DNA of 64,000 nt, taken from positions 5,742 to 69,741 of the forward strand of contig NZ_JALDXV010000015.1 of the NCBI RefSeq assembly GCF_032154645.1, given 5' to 3'. Position 1 is the stretch's first letter. The number at the start of each line of letters is the position of its first letter. Of the stretch, positions 33,130-42,770 are shown one piece after another. Below the pieces are notes generated by a model. The model did no database searches and was not told the origin of the DNA. It was given only the letters and a program-made list of their open reading frames with translations. Source of the stretch: Glutamicibacter sp. Lineage in GTDB: Bacteria; Actinomycetota; Actinomycetes; Actinomycetales; Micrococcaceae. Made by a program: the position numbers and the translations under genes.

Positions 33130-33531
33130 GTGACATCTCACCAGGCACCATCATCAGAGAATTCGCGTTTCGAAGGATCAAACGTGTCAGCATTGCCGCT
33201 CTCCCCTTCCGAGGATCGACAGTGGGCCATGCTCTCGCATTTCGGCGCAATTCTCGGGTGCATTCCCTCCGCGGTGATTTACGCAGTCTTCCGGGACCGC
33301 GGACCGTTTACCGCACAGGAGTCCAAGGAAGCGTTCAACTTCACCTTCCCGCTGACCGTGCTGGCAATCGTCCTGAATATCCTTGCGCTGCTGCCAGCCA
33401 TCGGCTGGCTCTTTGCGATCATCGCAGTTGTCCTCTGGGTGACGATGACAGTGGTTGGGGCCTACGCCGGCATTCAAGCAAATAAGGGCCGCCCCTACCG
33501 CTACCTCATCAATCTTCGACTCATGAAATAG
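33130..33531 (+). CDS. DUF4870-family small membrane protein
   Basis: EDRQWAMLSHFGAILG...QESKEAFNFTFPLT resembles DUF4870 / Tic20-like proteins. It has 3-4 TM helices. Confidence 0.7.
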   Translation: MTSHQAPSSENSRFEGSNVSALPLSPSEDRQWAMLSHFGAILGCIPSAVIYAVFRDRGPFTAQESKEAFNFTFPLTVLAIVLNILALLPAIGWLFAIIAVVLWVTMTVVGAYAGIQANKGRPYRYLINLRLMK

Positions 33532-33551
33532 CGGCGGAGCAGCCTGGACGC

Positions 33552-34781
33552 TTAGAAATCCAATAGTTCTCGCACCACGAGGTCGGCCAAGAGCCGGCCT
33601 CGTTGCGTTAACACGACATATCCAGCAAACGCCTGTTTCGCATCGATCAGTTCATCGGCGATCAGGCCCGCGACCTTGGTGCGTCCCGTTTCATCCAGCT
33701 CACTGATCGGCAGGCCCGTATTGATGCGGGTGAGCAGCATGGTGCGTTCGAGCTGCACGGCCTGAGCATCTGGAAATTCCCTGCCATGACCCGGGGAGAT
33801 GCCGCCGTCGATGCGCTGCTGATACGCGGCGGGATGCTTCACGTTCCACCAGCGCAGCCCGCCTACATGCGAGTGGGCTCCGGGGCCTGCACCCCACCAG
33901 TCGCCGCCCTGCCAGTAGGCAAGGTTGTGGCGGCAGGCATGCTGCGGGCTCCGGGCCCAGTTGCTCACCTCATACCAGGACAGCCCGGCGGCGGCGAAGA
34001 GTTCGTCGGCCAGCTGATACTTCTCTGCATGATCGTCGTCGTCGATATTGGGCACCTCGCCGCGTCGGATCTGCGCCGCAAGTTTGGTGCCCTCTTCGAT
34101 GATCAACGCATAGGCCGAGATATGATCCGGCTCGTAGCTCAACGCCGCTTCGATACTGGTGCGCCAATCGGCCAGCGTCTCCCCCGGAGTCCCGTAGATC
34201 AGATCGACGCTCACATCCAGGCCTGCTTCTCGAGCCCACCGAACCACCTGTGGGACACGAGCCGGATCGTGGGTTCGCTCCAGAACCTTTAGAACGTGCG
34301 GAACCGCCGACTGCATGCCAAAGGACACGCGGTTAAACCCGCCATCTGCCAGTTCCTGCAGACTTTCCCGGGTCACCGAGTCGGGGTTCGCCTCGGTAGT
34401 GATCTCAGCATCCGGCTTGATGCCGAACTCATCGCGGATGCGTCCCAGCACGGATACCAGATCGCGGGCAGGCAAGAGGGTCGGCGTGCCGCCGCCGAAG
34501 AACACCGTGTCGATCTTTCGGTGAGGCACACCAGAGCGGTCAAGCACCTGCTTGGCAAAACCGATTTCCTTGCCGACGGTGGCAGCATAGGTGTCCTGGC
34601 TTGAACCGGAACCCAGCTCCTTCGCGGTATAGGTGTTGAAATCGCAGTATCCGCAGCGCACGGTGCAGAACGGGATGTGGACATAAAAGGACATGGTCCG
34701 CTCCGCAGCACCGTGCGCACACGATGCAGGGAGCAGACCATCGGCCGGAGCCGGATCGCCGTCAGGCAATACTGAAGGCAT
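33552..34781 (-). CDS. hemW: Radical SAM haem chaperone HemW (coproporphyrinogen-III-oxidase-like)
   Basis: CTVRCGYCDF radical-SAM cluster motif, plus GGGTP. It is downstream of lepA, as is usual. Confidence 0.92.
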   Translation of the reverse strand: MPSVLPDGDPAPADGLLPASCAHGAAERTMSFYVHIPFCTVRCGYCDFNTYTAKELGSGSSQDTYAATVGKEIGFAKQVLDRSGVPHRKIDTVFFGGGTPTLLPARDLVSVLGRIRDEFGIKPDAEITTEANPDSVTRESLQELADGGFNRVSFGMQSAVPHVLKVLERTHDPARVPQVVRWAREAGLDVSVDLIYGTPGETLADWRTSIEAALSYEPDHISAYALIIEEGTKLAAQIRRGEVPNIDDDDHAEKYQLADELFAAAGLSWYEVSNWARSPQHACRHNLAYWQGGDWWGAGPGAHSHVGGLRWWNVKHPAAYQQRIDGGISPGHGREFPDAQAVQLERTMLLTRINTGLPISELDETGRTKVAGLIADELIDAKQAFAGYVVLTQRGRLLADLVVRELLDF

Positions 34782-34786
34782 TGAAG

Positions 34787-36631
34787 CTACTTCTTCTTGG
34801 GTTCTTCGGTGGACAGTGCGGCAATGAACGCTTCCTGAGGAACCTCCACGCGGCCAACCATCTTCATGCGCTTCTTGCCTTCCTTCTGCTTTTCAAGCAG
34901 CTTGCGCTTGCGGCTGATGTCGCCGCCGTAGCACTTGGCAAGAACGTCCTTGCGGATGGCACGGATGTTTTCACGGGCGATGATGCGCGAACCAATGGCC
35001 GCCTGGATCGGTACCTCGAACTGCTGGCGAGGAATGAGCTCGCGCAGCTTGGAGGTCATCATGGTGCCGTAGCTGTAGGCCTTGTCGCGGTGGGTGATGG
35101 CGCTGAAGGCATCCACCTGATCACCCTGCAATAGGATGTCGACCTTGACCAGGTCCGCGACCTGCTCGCCGTCGGCCTTCCAGTCCAGCGAAGCGTAGCC
35201 GCGGGTACGGGACTTGAGCTGGTCGAAGAAGTCGAAGACGATTTCCGCCAGCGGCAGGTGGTAGCGCATCTCCACACGGTCTTCGGAGAGGTAGTCCATG
35301 CCGCGCATGGTGCCGCGGCGGGACTGGCACAATTCCATGACGGCGCCGATGAACTCGCTCGGAGCTAGGATGGTGGCCGAAACCATCGGCTCATGCACCT
35401 CGAGGATCTTCCCGTCCGGGAACTCCGAAGGGTTGGTCACGGTGATCAGCTGCTTGTCTTCGCCCATCACCTCGTAGACCACATTTGGTGCGGTGGAGAT
35501 CAGATCCAAGTTGAATTCGGATTCAAGGCGCTGACGGGTGATTTCCAGGTGGAGCAGACCCAAGAATCCGACGCGGAAGCCGAAACCCAGTGCGACGGAG
35601 GTCTCCGGTTCGTAAATCAACGCGGCGTCATTGAGCTGCAACTTATCCAGTGCGTCGCGCAGTGCAGGGTAGTCGGTGCCGTCCAAAGGGTAGAGGCCGG
35701 AGAACACCATTGGCTTGGGTTCTTCGTAGCCGCCCAGCGACTCGGTGGCTGGGTTCAGCGAGTTCGTGACGGTATCGCCGACCTTTGACTGGCGCACGTC
35801 CTTCACACCGGTGATCAGGTAGCCCACTTCACCGACGCCAAGGCCCTTGCTCGGAACTGGGTTCGGGGAGGACACACCGATTTCCAGCAGCTCATGGGTG
35901 GTGCCGGTGGACATCATCTGGATCCGCTCGCGAGGCTCCAGCTTGCCGTCGACCACGCGGACATAGGTCACCACACCACGGTAGGTGTCGTAGACCGAAT
36001 CGAAGATCATGGCACGGGCCGGTGCATCTGCGACGCCGACCGGGGCTGGCAGCTGCTTGATGACTTCATCCAACAGTGCCTCGACGCCTTCGCCGGTCTT
36101 GCCCGAAACCTTCAGCACATCTTCGGGCTCGCAACCGATCAACGAGGCAAGTTCGGCAGCGTACTTCTCCGGCTGTGCGTTCGGAAGGTCGATCTTGTTA
36201 AGCACCGGGATGATCGTCAGGTCGCCCTCGATCGCCAGATACAGGTTCGCCAGGGTTTGAGCTTCGATGCCCTGCGCGGCGTCTACCAGTAGAATCGCAC
36301 CCTCGCAGGCGGCTAGCGAGCGGGAGACTTCATAGGTGAAATCAACGTGGCCTGGCGTATCGATCATGTTCAGGGCGTAGGAGGTTCCATCCTGCTCCCA
36401 GGGCATGCGTACGGCTTGGGATTTGATGGTGATACCGCGCTCGCGTTCGATATCCATCCGATCAAGATACTGCGCCTTCATGTCACGGGCGGCAACGACG
36501 CCGGTGAGCTGCAGCATGCGGTCGGCCAGAGTGGATTTACCGTGGTCGATATGCGCGATAATGCAGAAGTTACGGATGAGCGACGGATCGGTCGCGGCAG
36601 GCACCGGAGCGGTGCGGGCCAATGGAGACAC
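34787..36631 (-). CDS. lepA: Translation elongation factor 4
   Basis: [17 protein letters not shown] and NKID, plus the LepA-specific C-terminal domain. GTG start. Confidence 0.97.
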   Translation of the reverse strand: MSPLARTAPVPAATDPSLIRNFCIIAHIDHGKSTLADRMLQLTGVVAARDMKAQYLDRMDIERERGITIKSQAVRMPWEQDGTSYALNMIDTPGHVDFTYEVSRSLAACEGAILLVDAAQGIEAQTLANLYLAIEGDLTIIPVLNKIDLPNAQPEKYAAELASLIGCEPEDVLKVSGKTGEGVEALLDEVIKQLPAPVGVADAPARAMIFDSVYDTYRGVVTYVRVVDGKLEPRERIQMMSTGTTHELLEIGVSSPNPVPSKGLGVGEVGYLITGVKDVRQSKVGDTVTNSLNPATESLGGYEEPKPMVFSGLYPLDGTDYPALRDALDKLQLNDAALIYEPETSVALGFGFRVGFLGLLHLEITRQRLESEFNLDLISTAPNVVYEVMGEDKQLITVTNPSEFPDGKILEVHEPMVSATILAPSEFIGAVMELCQSRRGTMRGMDYLSEDRVEMRYHLPLAEIVFDFFDQLKSRTRGYASLDWKADGEQVADLVKVDILLQGDQVDAFSAITHRDKAYSYGTMMTSKLRELIPRQQFEVPIQAAIGSRIIARENIRAIRKDVLAKCYGGDISRKRKLLEKQKEGKKRMKMVGRVEVPQEAFIAALSTEEPKKK

Positions 36632-36742
36632 CTAAACAGACCTCACTTGCGATGAGCAGACGGAGTTGAATTAACTTCCATTCTGTCATGGTTTGCGGGT
36701 CACCACATATTTCTGGCGTCCAACGCTGGTAGTTTGTGGATC

Positions 36743-37261
36743 ATGGCTTTGAACTTAAATAAGATCTTCGAGTTCCTCAAGAAGACACTCAAGTCGCTTG
36801 CATCCTCCGATTCAAAGGGTTCGGATGCGAGTCGCACGACCACAACTGCCGGCAAACCAGCCGGTGCAGCAAAGTACCCAGGCGACTTCCATGGCGTAGT
36901 CCACTACGAGTACAACCCGAACAAAAACGGCAGCGCAGATCCCGGTGAGATCGTCTGGGGCTGGGTCCCGTTTGAAGAAGACCACTCTCAGGGTAAGGAC
37001 CGTCCGGTGCTTATCATCGGACGAGACGGCAAGTGGCTCCTTGGGCTGATGCTGACCAGCAAGGATAAGAATAATTCTGCACATCACAACCCGAATTACC
37101 TTGATATCGGAACCGGTGCGTGGGACCGAGAACGCCGCCCAAGCGAGGTGAAACTGGACCGCATCATCCGCGTTTCGCAGAGCACGGTACGTCGCGAGGG
37201 AGCAATCCTCGAAGAAAAGCGTTTCAAAACTGTGGTGAACGCCCTAAACCAGCACGGATAA
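36743..37261 (+). CDS. PemK/MazF-fold protein (toxin-like) with a ~55-aa low-complexity N-terminal extension
   Basis: The core GEIVWGWVPFEEDHSQGKDRPVLIIG...SEVKLDRIIRV matches the MazF/PemK SH3-like barrel pattern. The ATG is at 36743; a TTG lies 3 codons upstream. Confidence 0.6.
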   Translation: MALNLNKIFEFLKKTLKSLASSDSKGSDASRTTTTAGKPAGAAKYPGDFHGVVHYEYNPNKNGSADPGEIVWGWVPFEEDHSQGKDRPVLIIGRDGKWLLGLMLTSKDKNNSAHHNPNYLDIGTGAWDRERRPSEVKLDRIIRVSQSTVRREGAILEEKRFKTVVNALNQHG

Positions 37262-37430
37262 TCGCTCGCTGGAAACTCGCGTTTCTGCTAAAGTTAATTC
37301 TTGTGTGTCGCGCAGGTTGGGCGACACGCCCCCTTTAGGTCGCCATAGGTGCCCCACACCGCTCAGTCGATGGCCTGAAGGATGAACCCTCTACCGACCG
37401 TATAAGACGATAAACGAGAGAGTTTATTAA

Positions 37431-37691
37431 GTGGCAAACATCAAGTCCCAGAAGAAGCGCATCCTCACCAACGAGAAGGCACGCCTGCGTAACGTAGCTG
37501 TCCGCTCCGAGGTTAAGACCGTAATCCGCAGCGTCAACGACGCAGTGGTTGCCGGTGACAAGGAGAAGGCAACCGACGCTCTGCGTTTGGCTGGCAAGAA
37601 GCTGGATAAGGCTGTTAGCAAGGGTGTTCTGCACAAGAACAACGCTGCTAACCGCAAGTCGGCTCTGGCCAAGAAGGTTAACGCCCTCTAA
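37431..37691 (+). CDS. rpsT: 30S ribosomal protein S20
   Basis: [21 protein letters not shown] is typical of S20. GTG start. Confidence 0.96.
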   Translation: MANIKSQKKRILTNEKARLRNVAVRSEVKTVIRSVNDAVVAGDKEKATDALRLAGKKLDKAVSKGVLHKNNAANRKSALAKKVNAL

Positions 37692-37709
37692 GCGCAGCTA
37701 GACTTCTTC

Positions 37710-37748
37710 AAAACCCTCGCATCCACAGGATGCGAGGGTTTTGTTTTT
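37710..37748 (+). terminator. Intrinsic terminator of rpsT
   Basis: aaaaccctcgcatcc / ggatgcgagggtttt stem, followed by a T-rich tail (gttttt). Confidence 0.9.
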
Positions 37749-37770
37749 CTGACAAGTTCTTGAGCATCAA

Positions 37771-37804
37771 CTACCCGCCCGAAGTAGGATCTTTGGGCGG
37801 GTAG
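37771..37804 (-). terminator. Stem-loop downstream of holA
   Basis: ctacccgccc / gggcgggtag, a 10-bp stem with a 14-nt loop, 10 nt past the holA stop. Confidence 0.6.
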
Positions 37805-37814
37805 TGCTGGGTTG

Positions 37815-38807
37815 CTAGTTTCGTGGTGCTCTTCCAGCGATGAACAGCACGGCGTGTTCAAGGGCATAATCAGGGGATTTTCCCCCGCCCTTGACCATAT
37901 GATCGGTTTCCGTGATTGTTTCGATGCAGGCCACCAGGTCGGTTCTCTTCCAGCCCCTGGCTTGTTGCTGCGCTTGCTGAACCTGCCACGGCGCCATGCC
38001 TAATTCAGAGGCAAGTTGCGCAGCCGGTTCATTGACCCCAAGCACCTTGGCCAGCTGACGTGTCTTCATTGCCAGGGTCGCGACGATGGGGATCGGATCG
38101 GTCCCGGTATTCAGTGCGTGGCGCAGAGTGCGCAATGCCAGCTGGGCGTTGCCCGCAATCGCTGCGTCTGCCACCTTGAAGGCGGTAGCCTCAACCCGTC
38201 CGCCGTAGTATTTATCTACTAGGTCTTGGTCGATGACACCGGTGGTATCTTGGATCAACTGCGCGCAGCTTGACCCGAGTTCTGCCAGCGAGTTTCCGAC
38301 AGCCGCAACCAATGCCTTGACCGCATCGTTGGTGATGCGTCGTTTGGCGGCCTTGAATTCGGCACTGACAAACTCGATCTTCTCCGCATCCTTTTTCAAG
38401 GGCTGGCAATTCACGACGACTGCACCGGCCGCCTTGATGGCATCGATGAGTTTTTTGCCGCGCGTTCCGCCGGAATAATGGAGGATCAATACGTTTTCAG
38501 CGGCTGGATCCTTGAGGTAGTTGCTGGCGTCTTTTAAGAAGTATTCGTTCATGGTCGCCAGATCGTGCACTTCTACGAGGTTTGCACTGGAAAACAACGA
38601 AGAACTAGTTGCGAGCAGCAACTCCCCCGGTTCGTAGCTCTGGGCATTCAGGCGCGTCTGTTGAATGTCTTCACGTCCGGCAGCTTGCTGACGCAATAGT
38701 TCAAATGCCCGGGAGGCAAGGTACTGGTCGGTTCCCAGCAGCAAAATCAATGGGGCTGGGGTGATCTGCCTCCATGAGATCCCGGGGCTGGTTTGGGCGC
38801 GTGCCAT
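37815..38807 (-). CDS. holA: DNA polymerase III delta subunit
   Basis: About 330 aa with a delta-subunit layout, in the conserved position after comEC. ATG 38807 lies 5 nt after a perfect AAGGAG; the longest ORF starts at TTG 38831. Confidence 0.88.
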   Translation of the reverse strand: MARAQTSPGISWRQITPAPLILLLGTDQYLASRAFELLRQQAAGREDIQQTRLNAQSYEPGELLLATSSSLFSSANLVEVHDLATMNEYFLKDASNYLKDPAAENVLILHYSGGTRGKKLIDAIKAAGAVVVNCQPLKKDAEKIEFVSAEFKAAKRRITNDAVKALVAAVGNSLAELGSSCAQLIQDTTGVIDQDLVDKYYGGRVEATAFKVADAAIAGNAQLALRTLRHALNTGTDPIPIVATLAMKTRQLAKVLGVNEPAAQLASELGMAPWQVQQAQQQARGWKRTDLVACIETITETDHMVKGGGKSPDYALEHAVLFIAGRAPRN

Positions 38808-38841
38808 CGAACTCCTTAGTGCCGCGTGCAATACCTCTAGC

Positions 38842-41112
38842 CTACCGAACCGGGGCGCCTAACGACGCGGTATGCACGCCGTCTGAAGCGATGCTAAGCA
38901 CCACAGTCCCCAGCTGATCGGTGCGCAATACTGTGGCGCCCTGAGCCTTGGCGGCATCTACGATTCCTGGGTTGGGGTGGCCGTAGGTATTCTCGGCGCC
39001 CACCGAAATCAAAAAGACCTTGGGATCGATGGCTTCAACGAGCTCAACTCCGCCGTTGCGCGCACCATGATGCGACGCCTTCAGGATTGCGGCCGGTGGC
39101 TGAGGGTGCGTGGCCAGCAGTCGGTGCATTGCCTCTTCTTCCATGTCTCCCGCGCTGAAAAATTCGACGTTTCCGGTGGGTGTGGAGAAACTAAAGCGAA
39201 GCACCAGCGAGGTGTCGTTGGACTCGGCATACTTCAACCCCTGCGGATCGGGGCCGATCACCGTGTACTTGACTGCAAGGTCCGTACCGCTGTCGCCTGG
39301 CTGCAGCACCTGGGGGTTCTTCCACAGGTGGGATGGAAATCCACCGGATACCAGCCGCTGCCCAATGAGAATCCCCGAATTTTCCAGATCCGGTATTCCT
39401 CCGCGATGATCGTTGTCTGCGTGGGTGATGAAAACCTTTGACAATGTCTTCACATTCAACTGGGCCAAGCAGGAAAGCAACGGGGAGCCGGGCGGCCCGG
39501 TATCGATCAGCCAGGCGTCCTGTTCTCTGGTGTGGACCAGCAGTGCATCACCCTGGCCGACGTCGCACATTGCTATATTCCAGGGCTGGTCTGTACCTTG
39601 AGGCCACCAAAGCGTCGCCGGCAGCACCAAGGCTGTCAGAAATACCGCCAGCACACTCATTCCAAGCTGAGCTGTGCGCCTGATGCGCAGCCGCTCGGTT
39701 TCATGCCCGAGCACCACCAGTACCGTGAAGATGAGGGCAACCCCTGCGGCCAGCACCATCCCGGAGACTCCGGCAGGCCATGGCCGGGCGGCGCCGGGTA
39801 GCATGATGACCCATCGAGCGATCTGCCCGATGAATTCGGCCGGCCAACTGATCAGCCAACTGAGGGCAAAAGCCACAGGCGGCATGGGGGTGCAGAGCAA
39901 CACCGCAGCCACCCCGAGGATCGTGATGAACGGAAGCAGCGGTGCTACCAGGAGATTTGCTGGCAAAGAATAGAGGCTGAAATTGCTGTTCAATGCGATC
40001 ACCACCGGAAGGCAGGTGAATTGTGCGGCGCAGCAGATTGCGGTCATTTGCGCCAAAGTCTGCGGCACCGCCCTGCTGAAAGCCGATGTGAGGGCCGGCG
40101 CCAGCATGATGATTCCTGCCGTGGCCAGCACCGACAGTGCGAAGGCAGGGTCGCTGGCCAGACCGCGGTCGAGCAGCAGCAGCGCACTGGCGCAGAATGC
40201 GAGGATGCTCAAGGTGCCTTGACCACGCCCAGAAAGCAGTGAAAGGCTGGCAACCGCTCCCATTGCGCCTGCCCTCAAGACGCTTGGGTCGGGGCCGACG
40301 AAAACAACGAAGGCTGCAAGAACGCCAATCAGTATGAGGGTGCTCAGCACCCGCGGGAGGGTGAACAGCCGCAGGATCAGCATGACGATGGAGCCGATCA
40401 GCGCGATGTTCGATCCGCTTACGGCGGTCAAGTGGCTCAGTCCACTACCCTTCATCGCCTCTTTGAGTTCTTCGTTCTGCCCCGACCGATCGCCGTAGAG
40501 TATGCCCGGAAGCAGTCCCCGTGCATTCTCGCTCAATGGCTCAAGCTGGGTGCTGAACCTTGCCTTGAGGTTCTCGATCGGGCCCTGCTCATGCCTGCTC
40601 AGCACCGCTATTCGTGTGTCTGTGTGCACCCACCAGGCGAACTTTCCGGAACCCTCGGCAGGCTGGAGTGTGGCAATGGCTGAGAACACGTCGGTGTCAT
40701 CGGGCGGTGCCTCACGCAGGCTGATATATGCAGACATGGTGCATTGGCGCCAGCCCTCCGCGTCGTAGAAAGCCACGATCCGCCCGCTCCCGGAAAACTG
40801 GCCGCGATCGGTGGGCGTTGGCGGGGTGTCGAATGCGAGCTGCACCCGCCGCTGCTGCTCCCCCGCAACCGGCAGGCCGCACTCGCTGGCGCCCAGCCCC
40901 ACCCCGGCCACCGCCAGGGACGCCAATAGGAGCAGCAGCGGACCGGTGAACCACGGCGCCGCGTAGCGCTTGTCGTGGCGTTGGCGCAGCAGCAGTGCGA
41001 AGAGCACCGCAAAGAGCACAATTGCCGCCAGCATCACCGGCCACGCGGGCTTGAGCAGTGCCGTGAGCCATGCGCCGGCCAGGAACCAGAGTCCGCGAAA
41101 ATCGGTATTCAT
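38842..41112 (-). CDS. comEC: ComEC/Rec2-family DNA internalisation channel with a C-terminal metallo-beta-lactamase domain
   Basis: A polytopic competence domain plus an MBL motif (HADNDHRGG). ATG 41112 lies 10 nt after the comEA stop. The longest ORF extension overlaps comEA and is Arg/Pro-rich. Confidence 0.9.
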   Translation of the reverse strand: MNTDFRGLWFLAGAWLTALLKPAWPVMLAAIVLFAVLFALLLRQRHDKRYAAPWFTGPLLLLLASLAVAGVGLGASECGLPVAGEQQRRVQLAFDTPPTPTDRGQFSGSGRIVAFYDAEGWRQCTMSAYISLREAPPDDTDVFSAIATLQPAEGSGKFAWWVHTDTRIAVLSRHEQGPIENLKARFSTQLEPLSENARGLLPGILYGDRSGQNEELKEAMKGSGLSHLTAVSGSNIALIGSIVMLILRLFTLPRVLSTLILIGVLAAFVVFVGPDPSVLRAGAMGAVASLSLLSGRGQGTLSILAFCASALLLLDRGLASDPAFALSVLATAGIIMLAPALTSAFSRAVPQTLAQMTAICCAAQFTCLPVVIALNSNFSLYSLPANLLVAPLLPFITILGVAAVLLCTPMPPVAFALSWLISWPAEFIGQIARWVIMLPGAARPWPAGVSGMVLAAGVALIFTVLVVLGHETERLRIRRTAQLGMSVLAVFLTALVLPATLWWPQGTDQPWNIAMCDVGQGDALLVHTREQDAWLIDTGPPGSPLLSCLAQLNVKTLSKVFITHADNDHRGGIPDLENSGILIGQRLVSGGFPSHLWKNPQVLQPGDSGTDLAVKYTVIGPDPQGLKYAESNDTSLVLRFSFSTPTGNVEFFSAGDMEEEAMHRLLATHPQPPAAILKASHHGARNGGVELVEAIDPKVFLISVGAENTYGHPNPGIVDAAKAQGATVLRTDQLGTVVLSIASDGVHTASLGAPVR

Positions 41113-41122
41113 CGGCCCGTAC

Positions 41123-41776
41123 TCACGGTTCGGCCAGACCTTCGAGGTTCGCCAATATCGACGGCCCGATCCCGGAGACCGCATCCAGGTCCGCAACCGA
41201 GGTGAACGGACCGTTCTTGGTCCGGAAGTCGATGATGCGTTGGGCCAGGGAGGGGCCGATTCCCGGTAGCTCCTGCAATGCGTCGGCATCGGCGGTGTTC
41301 AACGACACTTTTCCGCCGCTGCTCTCCGACGCCGCATCCGCGCCTTGGCCTCCCGTCGCTGTGGCCCCCGGCAGCACCACCTGCTGCCCATCGACGAGCA
41401 GGGCTGCCAGGTTCAGTCTTTCCGGAACGGCCCTTTTGGTCATCCCACCGGCCGCAGCGATGGCATCGACGATGCGGGAACCGGCAGCCAGCTGGTAGAC
41501 GCCCGGCTTCTTTACCGCGCCGACCACATGCACGGTGAGCGCAGCCGGTGTCGCAGATCGGCCAGGGTCTGATTCCTCGGCAGGAGTGCCCGACGGCGAG
41601 GAGACCAGCGGCAGGGTATCCAACTGGGTGCTTTTCGGCGGCGGGGCGAGCAGGATCGAAAGCCCGATCCAGCCGAGCACGATGAGCACCAGCACGAACA
41701 CCGCCACACGCGAGACGGCAAAGCGGAGCCGCGACGGGCGTGGCGCGTACCTGCTGAAGAAGTCATGGCGCCCCAT
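41123..41776 (-). CDS. comEA: ComEA-family DNA-binding protein (TM anchor, SLBB domain, tandem helix-hairpin-helix)
   Basis: N-terminal TM helix, VHVVGAVKKPGVY (SLBB) and a C-terminal LNTADADALQELPGIGPSLAQRIIDFR HhH motif. Confidence 0.9.
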   Translation of the reverse strand: MGRHDFFSRYAPRPSRLRFAVSRVAVFVLVLIVLGWIGLSILLAPPPKSTQLDTLPLVSSPSGTPAEESDPGRSATPAALTVHVVGAVKKPGVYQLAAGSRIVDAIAAAGGMTKRAVPERLNLAALLVDGQQVVLPGATATGGQGADAASESSGGKVSLNTADADALQELPGIGPSLAQRIIDFRTKNGPFTSVADLDAVSGIGPSILANLEGLAEP

Positions 41777-41791
41777 GGGCCCCAGTGTGGA

Positions 41792-42730
41792 CTAGTTCGC
41801 CGCCTGCCCCGGCTGCTGCGCTTCCGCCTGTGGATACAGCGGGGCAACGGAGACTCCCAGCACCCCGATGCCGGTATGCGCCGCGAGCACCGCTGGCAGC
41901 GATTCGATGAGCACCGGGCCGTGGGCGTAGGGGTGCAGCTCGTCGGCGATTTCGTGGGCCAGTTCCAGCGCGCCGAAATGCATGACGCCGATGCGGACCG
42001 GGCCTTGGGCCCGCAGCGCATCACGCTGGGCCAGGGCAACGAGCCGGGCCTGGGCGCGGGCGAAGGAGCGCGGCTTTTCGATGGGTGCAATGGCGCCGTC
42101 GAGGATGCTCAGGATCGGCTTGACGTTCAGCAGGCTGCCGAACACCGAGGACACCGCGCTGATCCGTCCCCCGCGGCGCAGGGTGTCCAGGCTCGGCACT
42201 GCGAAGTAGACGGTGTTTGCCGTGGCGCCGGAGGCGATCTGTTCGAGCATGGCCAACGGCGCCCCGGCGGCCCGCGCCTCAAGCACGTCGGCGATGGCAA
42301 AGCCCTGCGGCATGGCAACGGTCTTCGAGTCGATGACAGTGACGGGCACCGGTGCACTCCCGGCGGCAAGCCGGGCGGCGTCCGCGGTGCCCGAAAGCCC
42401 CGTCGAGAGGTGGATGGAGATGATCGATTCGCAGCCGGCGGCCGCCAGCTGCGCGTAGGCGCGGGTGAACTCCCCCGGCGCCGGGCGCGAGGTCTTTACG
42501 CTCTTGCCCATGGCCAGCCCCATCATCAGCGCGTTCACATCCTCGCCCTGCACGTCGTCGTCGACGATGATCGGGATGCCCAGTTGGATGAAGTCCTCGC
42601 TGTCAAGCAGCTGCGCGGGCAGGCAGGAGGCCGAGTCACTGACCACACCAATCCGGGCGCGCGAAAGCCCACGCGGAGCCAGCCATTTGGGCAGCCAACC
42701 TCCACGTGGGCTTTTTGCACGTTCATTCAT
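41792..42730 (-). CDS. DegV-family fatty-acid-binding protein
   Basis: IGVVSDSASCLP at the N-terminus, TSRPAPGEF and an overall DegV layout. It is upstream of comEA, as in many actinobacteria. Confidence 0.85.
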   Translation of the reverse strand: MNERAKSPRGGWLPKWLAPRGLSRARIGVVSDSASCLPAQLLDSEDFIQLGIPIIVDDDVQGEDVNALMMGLAMGKSVKTSRPAPGEFTRAYAQLAAAGCESIISIHLSTGLSGTADAARLAAGSAPVPVTVIDSKTVAMPQGFAIADVLEARAAGAPLAMLEQIASGATANTVYFAVPSLDTLRRGGRISAVSSVFGSLLNVKPILSILDGAIAPIEKPRSFARAQARLVALAQRDALRAQGPVRIGVMHFGALELAHEIADELHPYAHGPVLIESLPAVLAAHTGIGVLGVSVAPLYPQAEAQQPGQAAN

Positions 42731-42770
42731 GTAGCAAAGCTTACGGCACTTGGGCCGTTGATCTGCAAAC

